A stretch of DNA of 64,000 nt from Eledone cirrhosa (Eukaryota), in the NCBI GenBank assembly GCA_964016885.1, contig OZ024751.1:34658001-34722000 (forward strand), read 5' to 3'. The notes under the pieces were generated by a model that saw nothing but the letters and a program-made list of their open reading frames with translations, ran no database searches and was not told where the DNA came from. Shown here in pieces: positions 41,251-55,656 of this stretch (within the stretch, counting starts at the first letter, position 1; each line of letters starts with the position of its first letter). Both the position numbers and the translations under genes were made by a program.

Positions 41251-41757
41251 CTGTAGTAAAGAACGGACGTTTTGTGGTCGCCTAAAAAGGCTCATCAAAC
41301 TACATAATCAGCCTGAAGAGGTCAGTAATACTGTATGGAGAGCGTTGTACAGCTGCCAACTCTAAAGGCACTCGCAGTCAGACCTGTTGACTGTATCCAG
41401 AGGAGTTGTTGTCGTTTGATAGCCATATCCGTTCACGGGGTTGTTGCCATCATGTATGTATGTATGTATGTATGTATGTATGTATGTATGTATGTATGTA
41501 TGTATGTATGTATGTATGTATGTATGTAGTGCACAGTCTTTCCTCACTTTAAAAAATATCTTCACGCACAGGCATTGCACGATAGAATTAATTAATAATT
41601 ATCAATAATGTTATATCGTGTAATGGCCATACTCGATAACGAGGGGTCACCCATCATATATGTAGGTAGGTTGGTTGGTTGGTAGGTAGGTAGGTAGGTA
41701 GGTAGGTGGGAAGGTAGGTATATATGAATGTATGGAGTTATCTTGTATATAGGCATT

Positions 41758-41791
<34 letters not shown>

Positions 41792-41957
41792 TATTTGTGT
41801 ATATATGTGTGTGTGTGTGTATTTGTGTGAGTGTGTGTATATATATATATATGAAGTGAAAGAGATAGAAATAGATAGATCGATAAAGAGAGAGAGTACT
41901 ATTGGTAATCTCAGTGATGTATAAATGTCAATATAATATGTATAGATATTTAGGCGC

Positions 41958-42095
41958 CTGACACCGGCACTCATTCCATTCTACTAAATTAATTGGTTGG
42001 TAAAGGACACAGCTTCTTCTAATCCATTGTTATCATAGCAGAAGGTTGTGATATCTTCATGGTCATTTACTGATCATAACCCACCGTTAACACTG
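41958..42095 (+). repeat. Diverged duplicated segment (second copy ~42975-43115)
   Basis: CTGACAC..TCCATTC..TAAATTAATTGGTT.GTAAAGGACAC..AAGGTT.T.ATATC is present in both. Confidence 0.7.
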
Positions 42096-42138
42096 CATCA
42101 TATATATATATATATACACACACACACAAATATGTGTG

Positions 42139-42174
<36 letters not shown>

Positions 42175-42184
42175 CACACATATT

Positions 42185-42230
<46 letters not shown>

Positions 42231-42435
42231 TATATATAAGTATGTACTTATATATGTGTAAATATATATATATATAGTGTATATATATATACATAAAGAC
42301 ACGCATATATAAATGTTTGTATGTGTATGTAAAATATGTTATATACAAGCATATATTTCATATTTATATATAAATTCATGCACATATATGCATATATAAT
42401 ATATATATATATGTACACATTTACATGTATGTACT

Positions 42436-42466
<31 letters not shown>

Positions 42467-43942
42467 TGATATATAGATGAATGTGCGTGAGTGTTTGGCT
42501 GGCTGTGTATATATAATACACATATATACATCTGTAAACATAATTGTCGATATGTATATATACATACATATTAAACCCTTCACAAACACATTCATTTATT
42601 TACATATACTAACAAATGTGTTTGTATGTTGCTGTGTTTTGTAGGTTGTTAACGAAAAACCTCTGATATAAATACAGCAGAGGCCAAAGATGGCAGACGC
42701 CTTTGAGACAATCATTTAGGCTAGTAATGAGCATACATATTACATATATACATATATCTATATCTATCTATTTATCTATATATCTATTTATATATATATA
42801 TATATTCATCTATTTATATATATATATTAATAGCATATATATATATATGGGTAGATATATTTCTTAGTTTTATACATATATTAATAGCATATATATATAT
42901 GTGTGTGTGTGTAACTAAGAAATAATTGATTTGTAAATGTCAGTGCTATATGGCTAGATATCAAATCTAGTCTCTGACACTGACACCCACTGACAGTGAC
43001 TCCATTCCGTTAAATTAATTGGTTTGTAAAGGACACGCCATAATCGAATTTTAAATCTTATAACATAAGGTTATAATATCATTATCGTTATTTCCTCATC
43101 ACAACAGAACACTACCGATGTCTGTCTAGCGTAATATAATGTTTTGTTTAGCTTCGTTTTCTAATTCGGGCTTCTTACAAATGGCTCTGCATTGTAAGAA
43201 ACAAGAAATTAAACGATGAATTTTGAATGCAGTGAGATTCGGGGACTTTATTATACTCTAGGGTTTACAAAAGAATCAGACAGAAGACAGACAGAGAGGG
43301 GGAATCAATGAAATATATGCTCAGGGATCATTGTCGGCATGTCTGTGATATATTTCTGTATAATAACAATAATAACTAGAGACCCCGGGGCTGCCTGATC
43401 TGATGTAATGCACGTGTTAGCTTTTCACCCTTGTTTCATTAAACTTGGCTAAATGATATTTGTCCAGACAGTCTTTCACACAAATACACACACATGTATG
43501 TATATATATATATAATGTTTGTGAGAATAGTACCTTAAACAATAGACAGATAAAACTTGCAAATGAATATAACAGCACGCTTGGATAACATCGATGACCT
43601 CGGCTGGTCTCACCTAGAGATCAGCCGGATCTCTTGGAGATGGCTGCATTTGACAGGAGCCGAGGGAAGACCTGTTTAGGGACCCTGCCCCTCCATGACC
43701 CTCCCAGGAATAAGTGAACGTAGAAGAAGACGAAGCAGGAGGAGGAGAAAAAGAAGAGGAAGAATATATAGAGGCAATACAGCATGAGTTATATCTATAT
43801 GCCACAAAAACTTTTAAATGTCGGTGTTATTTAATATCTATATCTTTAGTAAAAGGCGAAAGATTTATCCGCTCGGGGTGAGGAGAAGCCATATATATTT
43901 ATATCTATATCTATCTCTCACTCTCTCTATATATACATATAT

Positions 43943-43977
<35 letters not shown>

Positions 43978-44037
43978 AAATATTAAACAAATAATGAATA
44001 AAACAATGAAACAGTTCCTTATATTAAACAAAAAAAG

Positions 44038-44192
44038 TTCATTATTTAACGATCGTTTCTAGGATATATATGTGTTAGAATTGGCATGCATATTCAACAG
44101 ATCTATGTACAAAATTATACAAAATTATACAAACTATCAAGATTAAATATACATACCAAACACACATATACGCCGTCTTCAGAAATAATGAA
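44038..44192 (-). ncRNA. Type-I hammerhead motif with greatly extended stem II
   Basis: UUCAUUAUUU-CUGAAGA-CGGCGUAUAUGUG..~85 nt..CACAUAUAUAUCCUA-GAAA-CGAUCG-UU-AAAUAAUGAA. Stem I is a perfect 10 bp and stem III is palindromic. Confidence 0.7.
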
Positions 44193-44747
44193 ATATATTT
44201 ATTGATAATAACAACAATTCAAAATTTCAGGTCCGTTTGGGAACAAAATTGACCAATGAAAATACAAAAGGTTTTATGCAGTTTGGCGTGTGTATATACA
44301 TGTAACTACCCCGTACACATATTTATACAAAGATGTATGCTCAACATGCATACGCATGCCAAAAAGATGCATGCAAATACAAAATTTCAAGGTTAATGTC
44401 TCTGTAAGTTTATAATGCACAGATAAGATGCGTATAGACACATAAATATGAAATAAGTGTATACACATATTCTCATACTCACACATATCCGTACACTCAC
44501 ACACACGCGCGCGTATATGCATAAACATACACATAATTACGAACATACATACACACACACACCCCCACACACATATATATATGTGGATATAATATTATCA
44601 TAAGCACATGGATATTAATTCACTCACATAAACACTGCCACACACATTTAGATCAAGATACAGAAATTAGGTGGGGGGGGAGAGGTCAGTATTCAACGGT
44701 TTGGGCAGACGGATTGGACACTACCGTAAACTCTTGGTAGATTTATC

Positions 44748-44812
<65 letters not shown>

Positions 44813-45381
44813 GGGGGGGGAGAATGTACGGTTAAACTAGTCGAGAGTACTGTCTAAACGAACTAACATATATAATATCTTAGTATCTTAGTATCTTAGT
44901 ATTTCAAACAGTTTCTATTAAGCCAGGCCTACATTCCACTCTTGTAAACACGTTTATGACGCTACTTAAATTTCTAAAGAGTTTTGTCAAATTGTGTCTT
45001 AATTTCGTCGTTTTCAGAACTACATTATTACCAGAAACTAATATGTCGCTCTTTTATTTTATTCTTTAGACTTTTTATTTTATATATTTTTTAATTTTCT
45101 TCAATATTCTTCGTTATATTTATTTATTTATTTGTCGTATTATATTGTGTTTTATTTATCTCTGTTACTGTTTCTTGCTTCTCCCGAAGGTGGTGTTACA
45201 TTACATATGCTAAGTCGCTGCAATATGTTCCCACAATATCTGCTATTTTTGCACGAGATACAATTCCCTGTAGGTGTTATGGACTCGTGTTAAATCTAGA
45301 TGTAGAGATAATTTGTGCGAGGCCAGCACTAATCTCGTTCTATGCTGGTGTTTTCTTATTAATAGTTTTGTCGAGATAGTG

Positions 45382-45416
<35 letters not shown>

Positions 45417-45535
45417 GGGGGCGTGTGTGTGTGTGCGTGTAAGTATACTTACTGGCGTGAAAACACCATCACACAGCACAACACACAACACATATATATA
45501 TACAAAACCATCTTCTAGGATGATGTTTGTAAAAG

Positions 45536-45675
<140 letters not shown>

Positions 45676-46392
45676 AATGTATGTATATAATGTTTGTAAA
45701 AGATTATAATGATCTCTGTGAAAGGACACTACTAAGAAAACAGATGTTTACGAGAGTAATGAGTAATACATTTATATTTTCATTTAGTTGTAGAATGTCA
45801 CGGACGAATTAGTACTGACAGTCTCTCAGGAAATCAAACCTGAGCCTCGGTTTCAATTCTTAGTTTCAATAAGTTTCATTCACGTGTCTTGCTAATTGTT
45901 CTCATAGAGGAATAAACATTTAAATTTCCATTTAATATCGACACACAACATATTTCAGCTGATGGGCTACGGCCATGCTAGGGTACCACTAATATAACCA
46001 TACACGCTACAGCCATCTTTGTGTGATTGTCTGTTGAAGAATAGTGACAGGTTTCCGCAGCATTTGTAAAAGGTTCTGACCCCGTAGTTAAGCTAGTCGT
46101 GTATCAAGCTATATTTTGAGAACATCTACGTCCATACACAAGAACCCAGCTTATCTAAAGAATATGTAAATCCTTTTTGCCCCTTTTGATACCAAACGAA
46201 TAGACTACCCCTGCCTTCTATGATAGTAAACGCCTTACTCATATGTTTTCATAAATATCTAAAACTCTTCCATTACAATTGTAATATTATCTAAAAAAAA
46301 AAAATGATTAATGATTCGCCAAACAGCAGCTGAATAATGAATTAATTTGTAAAAGTTTGCATATTTCACAGACATACTTTAAGAATAAGGTG

Positions 46393-46533
46393 TCGTTAAA
46401 ACCTCGGATAGACTGCTTTATGGTATTCGGTTCGACTCTCCCTGAGTTCAAATCCAACACTCGTCTACTTACCCTTTCATTCTTTCGAGGTTGATGTAAA
46501 ACGTTACCAGTCTAGTACTGGAATCGATTGATC
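46393..46533 (+). mobile_element. Diverged family-1 SINE
   Basis: CTGAGTTCAAATCC..CCTTTCATTCTTTCGAGGTTGAT..TACCAGT..GTACTGGAATCGAT. Confidence 0.65.
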
Positions 46534-46918
46534 CTCTATATCTTTTTCTCACTTCCTCTCTCTCTCACTCCCTCTATATCTCTTTCTCACTTCCCCTCTC
46601 TCACTCCCTCTATATCTCTCTCTCACTCCCTCTATATCTCTTTCTCACTTCCTCTCTCTCACTCCCTCTATATCTCTCTCTCACTCCCTCTATATCTCTT
46701 TCTCACTTCCTCTCTCTCTCACTCCCTCTATATCTCTTTCTCACTTCCTCTCTCTCACTCCCTCTATATCTCTCTCTCACTTCCCCTCTCTCACTCCCTC
46801 TATATCTCTTTCTCACTCCCTCTATATCTCTCTCTCACTCCCTCTATATCTCTTTCTCACTTCCCCTCTCTCACTCCCTCTATATCTCTTTCTCACTTCC
46901 TCTCTCTCACTCTCTCTA
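46534..46918. repeat. Pyrimidine-rich minisatellite (CTCACTCCCTCTATATCTCTTT / CTCACTTCCTCTCT)
   Basis: More than 10 copies of CACTCCCTCTATATCTCT. Confidence 0.9.
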
Positions 46919-47291
46919 TTCTGTTCTGGAAGAAATCTGCTGTAATCAAACCTGGAGAGAAGAAGGGCTCCGCCAGGTTTAAAAAAGGGCCAAGAAACGT
47001 CTGCCAATACGGCGCCCCTACGACTCCATCAGGAGGTACAGGTCGATACCAATGTACTTTATGACCTTTCCATAGCAAACCAGCTGAAACCAGTTCTGTA
47101 TCTATATCAGAATGTTGTTTATTTGGAATTGTTTATGTTTAACTAAACAACATTCCATCGAATTTGTTAATTTAAGAATTACACAACAGCTTTTGTTGTT
47201 TGAAGTGAGTTTATAGAGGGAGGCATGTCTAACAGTTGAGATGAGTGTTGGGAATTAACAGATAATATAATTGATGGCGTTGATAACAGGG

Positions 47292-48335
47292 GGGGGTGAT
47301 GCAGATGACGATCATGATGATGATGATGGTCATGGTGATAATGATGATGGTGGTGGTGATGGGGATGGTGGTGGTGGTGATGGGGATGGTGATGATAGTG
47401 GTGATGGTGGTGGTGGTGGTGGTGATGGTAATGATGGTGGTAATGGTGGTGATGGTGATGGTGATGATCATGATCATGATCATGGTGACGATGATGGTGG
47501 TGGTGGTGGTGGTGATGATGGTGGTGATGATAATGATGATGATGATCATGGTGATGATGATGGTGTTGGGGACGGAGATGTTGATGATGGTGATGGGGAT
47601 AATGGAGATGATGGATATGATGATGGTGGAGACTATGGTGGTGGTGGTGGAGACTATGGTGGTGGTGGTGGAGACTATGGTGGTGGTGGTGGTGGTGGTG
47701 GAGACTATGGTGGTGTTGGTGGTGACTATAGTGGTGGTGGTGGTGGTGGTGGTGACTATGGTGTGGTGGTGGTGGTGGTGGAGACTATGGTGGTGGTGGT
47801 GGTGGTGGTGGAGACTATGGTGGTGGTGGTGGTGGTGGTGGAGACTATGGTGGTGGTGGTGGTGGTGGTGGAGACTATGGTGGTGGTGGTGGTGGTGGTG
47901 GTGGTGGTGGTGGAGACTATGGTGGTGGTGGTGGAGACTATGGTGGTGGTGGTGGAGACTATGGTGGTGGTGGTGGAGACTATGGTGGTGGTGGTGGTGG
48001 TGGTGGTGACTATGGTGTGGTGGTGGTGGTGGTGGTGGAGACTATGGTGGTGGTGGTGGAGACTATGGTGGTGGTGGTGGAGACTATGGTGGTGGTGGTG
48101 GTGGTGGTGGAGACTATGGTGGTGTTGGTGGTGACTATAGTGGTGGTGGTGGTGGTGGTGGTGACTATGGTGTGGTGGTGGTGGTGGTGGTGGTGGTGGT
48201 GGAGACTATGGTGGTGGTGGTGGAGACTATGGTGGTGGTGGTGGTGGTGGTGGAGACTATGGTGGTGGTGGTGGTGGTGGTGGTGGTGGTGGTGGTGGTG
48301 GTGGAGACTATGGTGGTGGTGGTGGTGGAGACTAT
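47292..48335. repeat. (GGT/GAT)n microsatellite grading into a [(GGT)n-GGAGACTAT] minisatellite
   Basis: More than 20 GACTAT-anchored units with variable GGT number. Confidence 0.92.
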
Positions 48336-49606
48336 GACAGTTGTTTGCTATGATTTGAAGTTGAAACTATTTTGTGTTTCTCAACAGATTTTTTTTTTTT
48401 TTTCTTTAACCGGAAGTTGATAATTGATGTGAATGTTGATTGTGTCGTCTGTGGGGAGAGATAATAATTAAGGGAGGTAATTATGGTGTTGTGAGGGGTG
48501 AAAGAACTGTTGTAAAGGAGATGGAGAGGAGGTGGGGGGGGGGGTTAGAGGACGACATAAAGGGATAGAGGAGAGAGAGTAGGAGAGGGGATTCAGAGAG
48601 GGGGAAGAGACAGCTAGCGAGGGAGATATATATGTATATGTGTTTGTGTACATATATTCCCCTCTGTGTGAGTGTGATGTATGTTTATATATATATATAG
48701 AGAGAGAGAGAGGGGGGAGAGGGAGAGAGAGAGGGGGAGAGAGAGAGGGAGAGAGAGAGTGTCCTGGTAGGGGAGTATTAGTTGATATTTCCTATACGTT
48801 ACAGGGTACACATCAGGTTGTTGAACCTTGGTTTGTTAGTAAACTAGTGTTTATGTATTTCTATACCATCGTAATAGGTATCAATTAGACGGTAATACAA
48901 GTAGATATATAATGATATGTTTATCTGGACTCTTGGTAGATGTGCTAGAAATAGCAGCTAAATTATTTACCTCACATTCCATCTTAAGTAAGTAGAAGGA
49001 TATATGATACAACACTAAATGACATGTTGTTTATATCTGGGGTAAACAGCAGAAATAACAACAGCAGTTCCAGTAACATCACCACCGCCACCACCACTAA
49101 AAGTAACACCCCAACACAATTCATAACTATGCCAATAACATCAGCACCACCACCATCACCTCCAGCTCCAGAACCACAACCACCATTACCACCACAACCA
49201 TCACCACCACCACCACCACGATCACCATCACCACCACCACCACCACCACATTCACCACTACCACCATGATCACCACCACCACCACCACCACTACCACATT
49301 CACCACCACCACCATCACCACCACCATCGCCACCATCACCAACATGATCATCAACAAACAATGATAATAACAATAAAAAACAACGGCAACAATCTTTTCC
49401 CAACTCTAATTAGAGTGAGAATGGATTAATTATCTAAGAAAGCAAGATTGGCCTCAAGTTATAAAGAATAGAATCAATGAGGTGGCCATCTCTGTAGTCA
49501 TTTACACTGCTAGATATAGCTACTAAATATTAACAAGGTATGGTTGAGGAGGCTAGACAGTTAACATCACAACCCTCAGGCTGTGACATTGATCAAACTC
49601 TTACTA

Positions 49607-50325
49607 CAGTTAACCTTTCAGGTCTACCTGAACATACTTTATATCTTAAGACAGTCTGTTAACCTCTCAGGTCTACCTGAACATACTTTATATCTTAAGA
49701 CAGTCTGTTAACCTCTCAGGTCTACCTGAACATACTTTATATCTTAAGACAGTCTGTTAACCTCTCAGGTCTACCTGAACATACTTTATATCTTAAGACA
49801 GTCTGTTAACCTCTCAGGTCTACCTGAACATACTTTATATCTTAAGACAGTCTGTTAACCTCTCAGGTCTACCTGAACATACTTTATATCTTAAGACAGT
49901 CTGTTAACCTCTCAGGTCTACCTGAACATACTTTATATCTTAAGACAGTCTGTTAACCTCTCAGGTCTACCTGAACATACTTTATATCTTAAGACAGTCT
50001 GTTAACCTCTCAGGTCTACCTGAACATACTTTATATCTTAAGACAGTCTGTTAACCTCTCAGGTCTACCTGAACATACTTTATATCTTAAGACAGTCTGT
50101 TAACCTCTCAGGTCTACCTGAACATACTTTATGATATCTTAAGACAGTCTGTTAACCTCTCAGGTCTACCTGAACATACTTTATATCTTAAGACAGTCTG
50201 TTAACCTCTCAGGTCTACCTGAACATACATTATATCTTAAGACAGTCTGTTAACCTCTCAGGTCTACCTGAACATACTTTATGATATCTTAAGACAGTCT
50301 TTAACTTCTCAGGTTTACTGAACAT
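49607..50325. repeat. Homogeneous 49-bp tandem array, ~14.5 copies
   Basis: Unit CAGTCTGTTAACCTCTCAGGTCTACCTGAACATACTTTATATCTTAAGA. Two units carry a 3-bp insertion (~50132, ~50282). Confidence 0.97.
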
Positions 50326-50381
50326 GCTCGGGAATTTGAGAAGACACAATCTGCATGTAAGGACGTTGAATGGATTGTACT

Positions 50382-50520
50382 TGAAGGCCCAGCATTTGAC
50401 ACATATTTTGTCATACTGACCCTTCTTGAGAGTAACATTAAGAATACATGGTGCACGTGTCTGTGGAATGCTCACATACTTACATGTTAATTTCATGACT
50501 CAAAAGTTCAGTTGATTGAA
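50382..50520 (+). mobile_element. Family-2 SINE 3' body fragment
   Basis: GAAGGCCCAGC..GTCA..CTGA..CTTGAGA..GTCTGTGGAATGCTC resembles 6212-6300. Confidence 0.5.
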
Positions 50521-51656
50521 AACCTACAACGGAATAGATTAGATTCCAGTAGCGATCAGTGCTGTGATGTGGTGTACAGAAGAGAAATGGTTACAGGGCG
50601 AGGCGCCTGTGGATGTTTTCTAGGCATGCTGGATATAGCAGTCGAAGCCATCCTCATATCACATAATACTATCTTAAATGAGAAAGATATATTATAAAAG
50701 TGTAATCCTACATATACTCTGTGTGAATAAAGTAGAGGATCGACACGTTTGAAACAATATTTATCCTAGATTGGTTGTTTTTTAATAAGGACGAGTTAAC
50801 AGTAACACATACAGAAAAAGAGTAAAGTGTTTTGCTCAAGAACACAATGTGCCAACCCATACGAACGTATCATATTAATCACTGTTTCTCGCGCCTTTAA
50901 CTCGACGACAACAGCACCGGTGTTTAGAAATGTCTAATTCTATAATTAATTACATGACAAAAGTTCACTTATAGTAATTTATTAAACAGTGTAACGGCCA
51001 TTTTGGGAGAGCTGCCAGCACGAATTTAATAATTAAAGACAAACAATGAAAGGAAAAATAGACAAATTAACAGATGAGAGAAATAAAGGAATTGTGGATG
51101 GAAGGAGAGGATTAAAGATGGCAAATGTAGGAATGAAGGGGCAGGAGGGAAAAAAGGGAGAAGAATTCTGACTTCTGAAACCTAGGAAGTATGAACTAGT
51201 GAATGTCATTTGTTCCTCTATAATTGTCTAGTCCCTATATTAAGGGTCAATTAATCAACCTCGTGTAGCTAGCCAGGTTATTAAAGAATTAGCATTCCTA
51301 TTTCCGAATGTCCAAAAGTTATAATGAAATACATAAAACAAGGAAAATGTGTGAAATTTCCACATCATTCTTCTCTATTAATAGTGCTGTGTTCTGTAGA
51401 TCTACAGACAATGGAGTTGTGTACTCAACGTTTAATTCTATTTACGGTAACGGTTAAACCAGTCATGAATTCATTGAGCTTTTTTACCCCCTAATTGTAG
51501 AATTACATTGAGCTTAAAATTTTGTCGGAGTAACTCTCGGCAACGGAACATTGAACCTTCTTATATAAATATATATATACATATGCGTGTGTGTGTGTAT
51601 TTAAATATATATACATATACACACACACTCATATATGTATGTATATATACATATGC

Positions 51657-51723
<67 letters not shown>

Positions 51724-51975
51724 TATATATATATGTATGTATATATACATATGCGTGTATACACGCATATGCGTATATACACACACACACACATATATAT
51801 ATATATATGTATGTATATATATATATATGTATACATATATATATATATGTATGTATATATATATGTATGTATATATATATATATATGTATGTATATATAT
51901 GTGTGTATGTATATATATGTGTGTATGTATATATATGTGTGTATGTATATATATGTATATATGTATATATATATG

Positions 51976-52011
<36 letters not shown>

Positions 52012-52024
52012 TATATGTATATGT

Positions 52025-52102
<78 letters not shown>

Positions 52103-52267
52103 AAAGGAATTCTGTTTTTGTCTTCCATCTAGTGTTTCTAGCCAAAGCTAGCTTCAGGCAAGAAACTCTAGTCTCGATATAAAGAATTTCAGTTTAAATA
52201 ACTAATATATTCGGCAACATGTATAACGTATTATTTTCTTCTTTGGTTGACAAACTATAGCGTGTGG

Positions 52268-52308
<41 letters not shown>

Positions 52309-52330
52309 ATCACACATATGCGAGTGTGTG

Positions 52331-52384
<54 letters not shown>

Positions 52385-52398
52385 CGTATATATATATG

Positions 52399-52449
<51 letters not shown>

Positions 52450-52602
52450 GTAAATATATACGCATATATATATGTAAAAATATACGCATATATATATGTA
52501 TATATATACGTATATATATATGTATATATATATATATGTGTGTGCGTGTGTGTGTGGGTGTATCTGTGAGTGTGTGTTTGTACATATGCATATATAACCA
52601 TA

Positions 52603-52647
<45 letters not shown>

Positions 52648-52666
52648 TATGTAGAGATAGATATAG

Positions 52667-52697
<31 letters not shown>

Positions 52698-53483
52698 CAT
52701 ATATGTGTGTGTATACGTTTGTGTGCGTGCTATGTATATAGCCGTGTGTGTATGTATGTACATGTGTGTGAGTGTGTGTGTGTGTGTGCATCTGTATGTA
52801 TCTGTGTGTGTGTGTGCATCTCTATGTATATCTGTATGTTCGTGTGCATGTGTGTGTGTGAGAGTCTAGCTGTAGATATTTTAACTGAGTCAAAAGGAAT
52901 CACTTGTAAAAGTGCCGGAAGTGGTCGTCTTTTACAAACTAATTAAGCAGAAGAATGTTTTTAAAATGTACTGTTACAACAACAACAACAACAACACCAA
53001 GCAGATCAACAACAACAACAAGCAGATCAACAATAACAACGACAACAAACACATCAACGACAACAACAACAACAGCAGCACCAACCACCACAACAACAAC
53101 AACAACAGCACCACCAACAATATCACAACCACTACTACAACTACTACAACTGCTGCTACTACTACTGCCAACACCACCACCACCATATCAACTGCTCCGA
53201 TACCACAGTGGATGCGGTTACCAATCCTAATACCACCTACACCACACTAAACTAACTACACCACCACCGCCACCACATCTATAGTGAAATGGACAATAGA
53301 ATCAATCACAACAACAATAACAAGTAAAAACAAGAAAAACGCCAACAGCAACAACTAAAAAGAGCAACAATTTCTGAAACAGAAAAATAATTTTCCAGTC
53401 CAAGACACAAAAGAGTCTAATTGTTGTTATTGTTGTTGTTGATATTATTATTATTGTTGTTATTATTATTATTATTATTATTA

Positions 53484-53588
53484 TTGGCAGAAACGGTAGA
53501 GCATCGGACAAAATGCTTTGAGGCATGCTGTTACTGCCCTTTACATTCAGGGTTCAAATCCCGCTGAGGTTAACTTTACCTTTCATAC
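53484..53588 (+). mobile_element. Family-1 SINE 5' half
   Basis: TTGGCAGAAACGGTAG (A box), GGTTCAAATCCCGCTGAGGTTAACTTTACCTTTCAT. Confidence 0.8.
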
Positions 53589-53812
53589 AACTTTCCTTGT
53601 ATATCTGTACATTTGATGTCTTTGAAATGTGTTTAACAGGATAATATAATAAACTGAAAAGTTATACGTCTCTCTTCTTTCTTGTAACATATATATCAGG
53701 AGTGTGTATGTATGTGTGTGTCGTATTAAGAACATTGAATAAGAACCTGACAAAGAAACAGTTGAAGAAAGAGAAGAAATGAAGATAAATAAAACAAAAG
53801 CATGAGATGAGT

Positions 53813-53932
53813 GAAGAAGAAGAAGAAGAAGAAGAAGAAGAAGAAGAAGAAGAAGAAGAAGAAGAAGAAGAAGAAGAAGAAGAAGAAGAAGAAGAAGAAG
53901 AAGAAAAAGAAAAAGAAGAAAAAGAAGAAAAA
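53813..53932. repeat. (GAA)n microsatellite
   Basis: Direct inspection. Confidence 0.95.
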
Positions 53933-54594
53933 GTAGTAGTTCGCTGTCAATGGCATAAGATATGATGTGACACAGTAATGAACAATGTGCGTGTTACGTT
54001 ATGTATAACAGGCAGACATATTGGACAGTTGGATAGTCACATGACAGCCACATGACACCTGTCTTATACAACAGGCTACATTATCTGTAACTATTGTATA
54101 TCTTATTGTTGTTTCATTCAAATAATACAGCAAACAGAAAAAAGGCCTCACTAATAATTTAAGAACGAAATAAAATAAAATCTCATTTTTTCTATTTTAT
54201 GCATATATATATGCATGTGTGTGTGTGCGTATATATATATATATATAAACATACATAGGCACACAAAATTTATATATAGAGAGAGAGATACCTCAGTGGT
54301 ACATGACCACCATCTTTTTCAAGCTCATTGTTAAACCAAATTCAAAACCTGCACTGCTGAATCAGTTCATTAGGTGCTGCATATCTTAATGCACCTGTCA
54401 AACAGATCGAAGTCATCTTCGTACAGAAACAGTGAGTACATGACCTTTGTATTGGCACCAAAGCATGTTATATTGAAAATCGCTCCATGTGTACGAAAGC
54501 TGATTTATATTTCATGTGGACAGACTATAAATGTTATTAAAAGTCCTACTGCAAATAATAGTGAAACAGTGTTGTTGTTGTTGTTGTTATGAGG

Positions 54595-54969
54595 CCCTCC
54601 TCCACCACATTCCTAACAGCAAAGATGGTCTGACTCATCTCATCTAACATTCACGCATCTTTTCATGTTATCATTATATTGAAGAAAGATTACCAAGTAT
54701 TTATCCAGGAAGTCTAACTTTCCAAGTATTTTCCAAAGAACATCTCTATCAAACAGTGACAAATACATTTTCTCAGTTGCAACAGATCTATTCTTTCATC
54801 TACAGACTTTTCCTGAAGCTGTCTAGTCGAAAATATCATGTCAACCCTGCCTCCGTTCTGTCTAAAGCCACATTGGGATTCTCAAAGAACATTGTCAGTA
54901 ATGTGTAACTTACGTATGTCAAGCATCACCCTGCATAGAACCTTTCCAGCCACAGACAGCAGCACTATT
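54595..54969 (-). pseudogene. Decayed RTE-clade reverse transcriptase fragment
   Basis: IVLLSVAGKVLCRVML..VL*ESQCGFRQNGGRVDMIFSTRQLQEKS..DRDVLWKILGKL. Confidence 0.85.
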
Positions 54970-55040
54970 CATCTATACATACATACATGATGGCTGCCCC
55001 CTCGTTATCGAGTATGGCCATTGCACGAGAAGAAAAAAAA

Positions 55041-55083
<43 letters not shown>

Positions 55084-55198
55084 TAAAAAAAAATAAAAAA
55101 AAAAAAAATATATATATATATATATACATACATACATATATACATACACACATACATACACATACACTCACACATATACACACACATACATTAAAAAC

Positions 55199-55229
<31 letters not shown>

Positions 55230-55466
55230 GCAATAATAATAATAACGACAACAACAATAATAATATACATACATACATACATACATACCTGCACAGACAT
55301 ACAGACATATCTACCTACTTGATGTTGTTTAAATTCCAATGAGAGAGTCATGTATCTATGTTAGAAACCGATTCTCTCTCTATTGGTAAAAATGTATAAA
55401 ATTATAAAACCAGAACACACATACATACATGTCTTTGAGGCACGTATATATAGTTTGAATTATATA

Positions 55467-55536
<70 letters not shown>

Positions 55537-55571
55537 TATATTTATATTTACGTATGAATACACACACCAAC

Positions 55572-55656
<85 letters not shown>

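Noticed and set aside
42641-42730. Candidate exon after a TTTTGTAG acceptor
   Set aside because: Stops occur early in all three frames and there is no other support.
49607-50325. CRISPR-like array
   Set aside because: Head-to-tail identical units with no unique spacers, no cas genes, and eukaryotic context.
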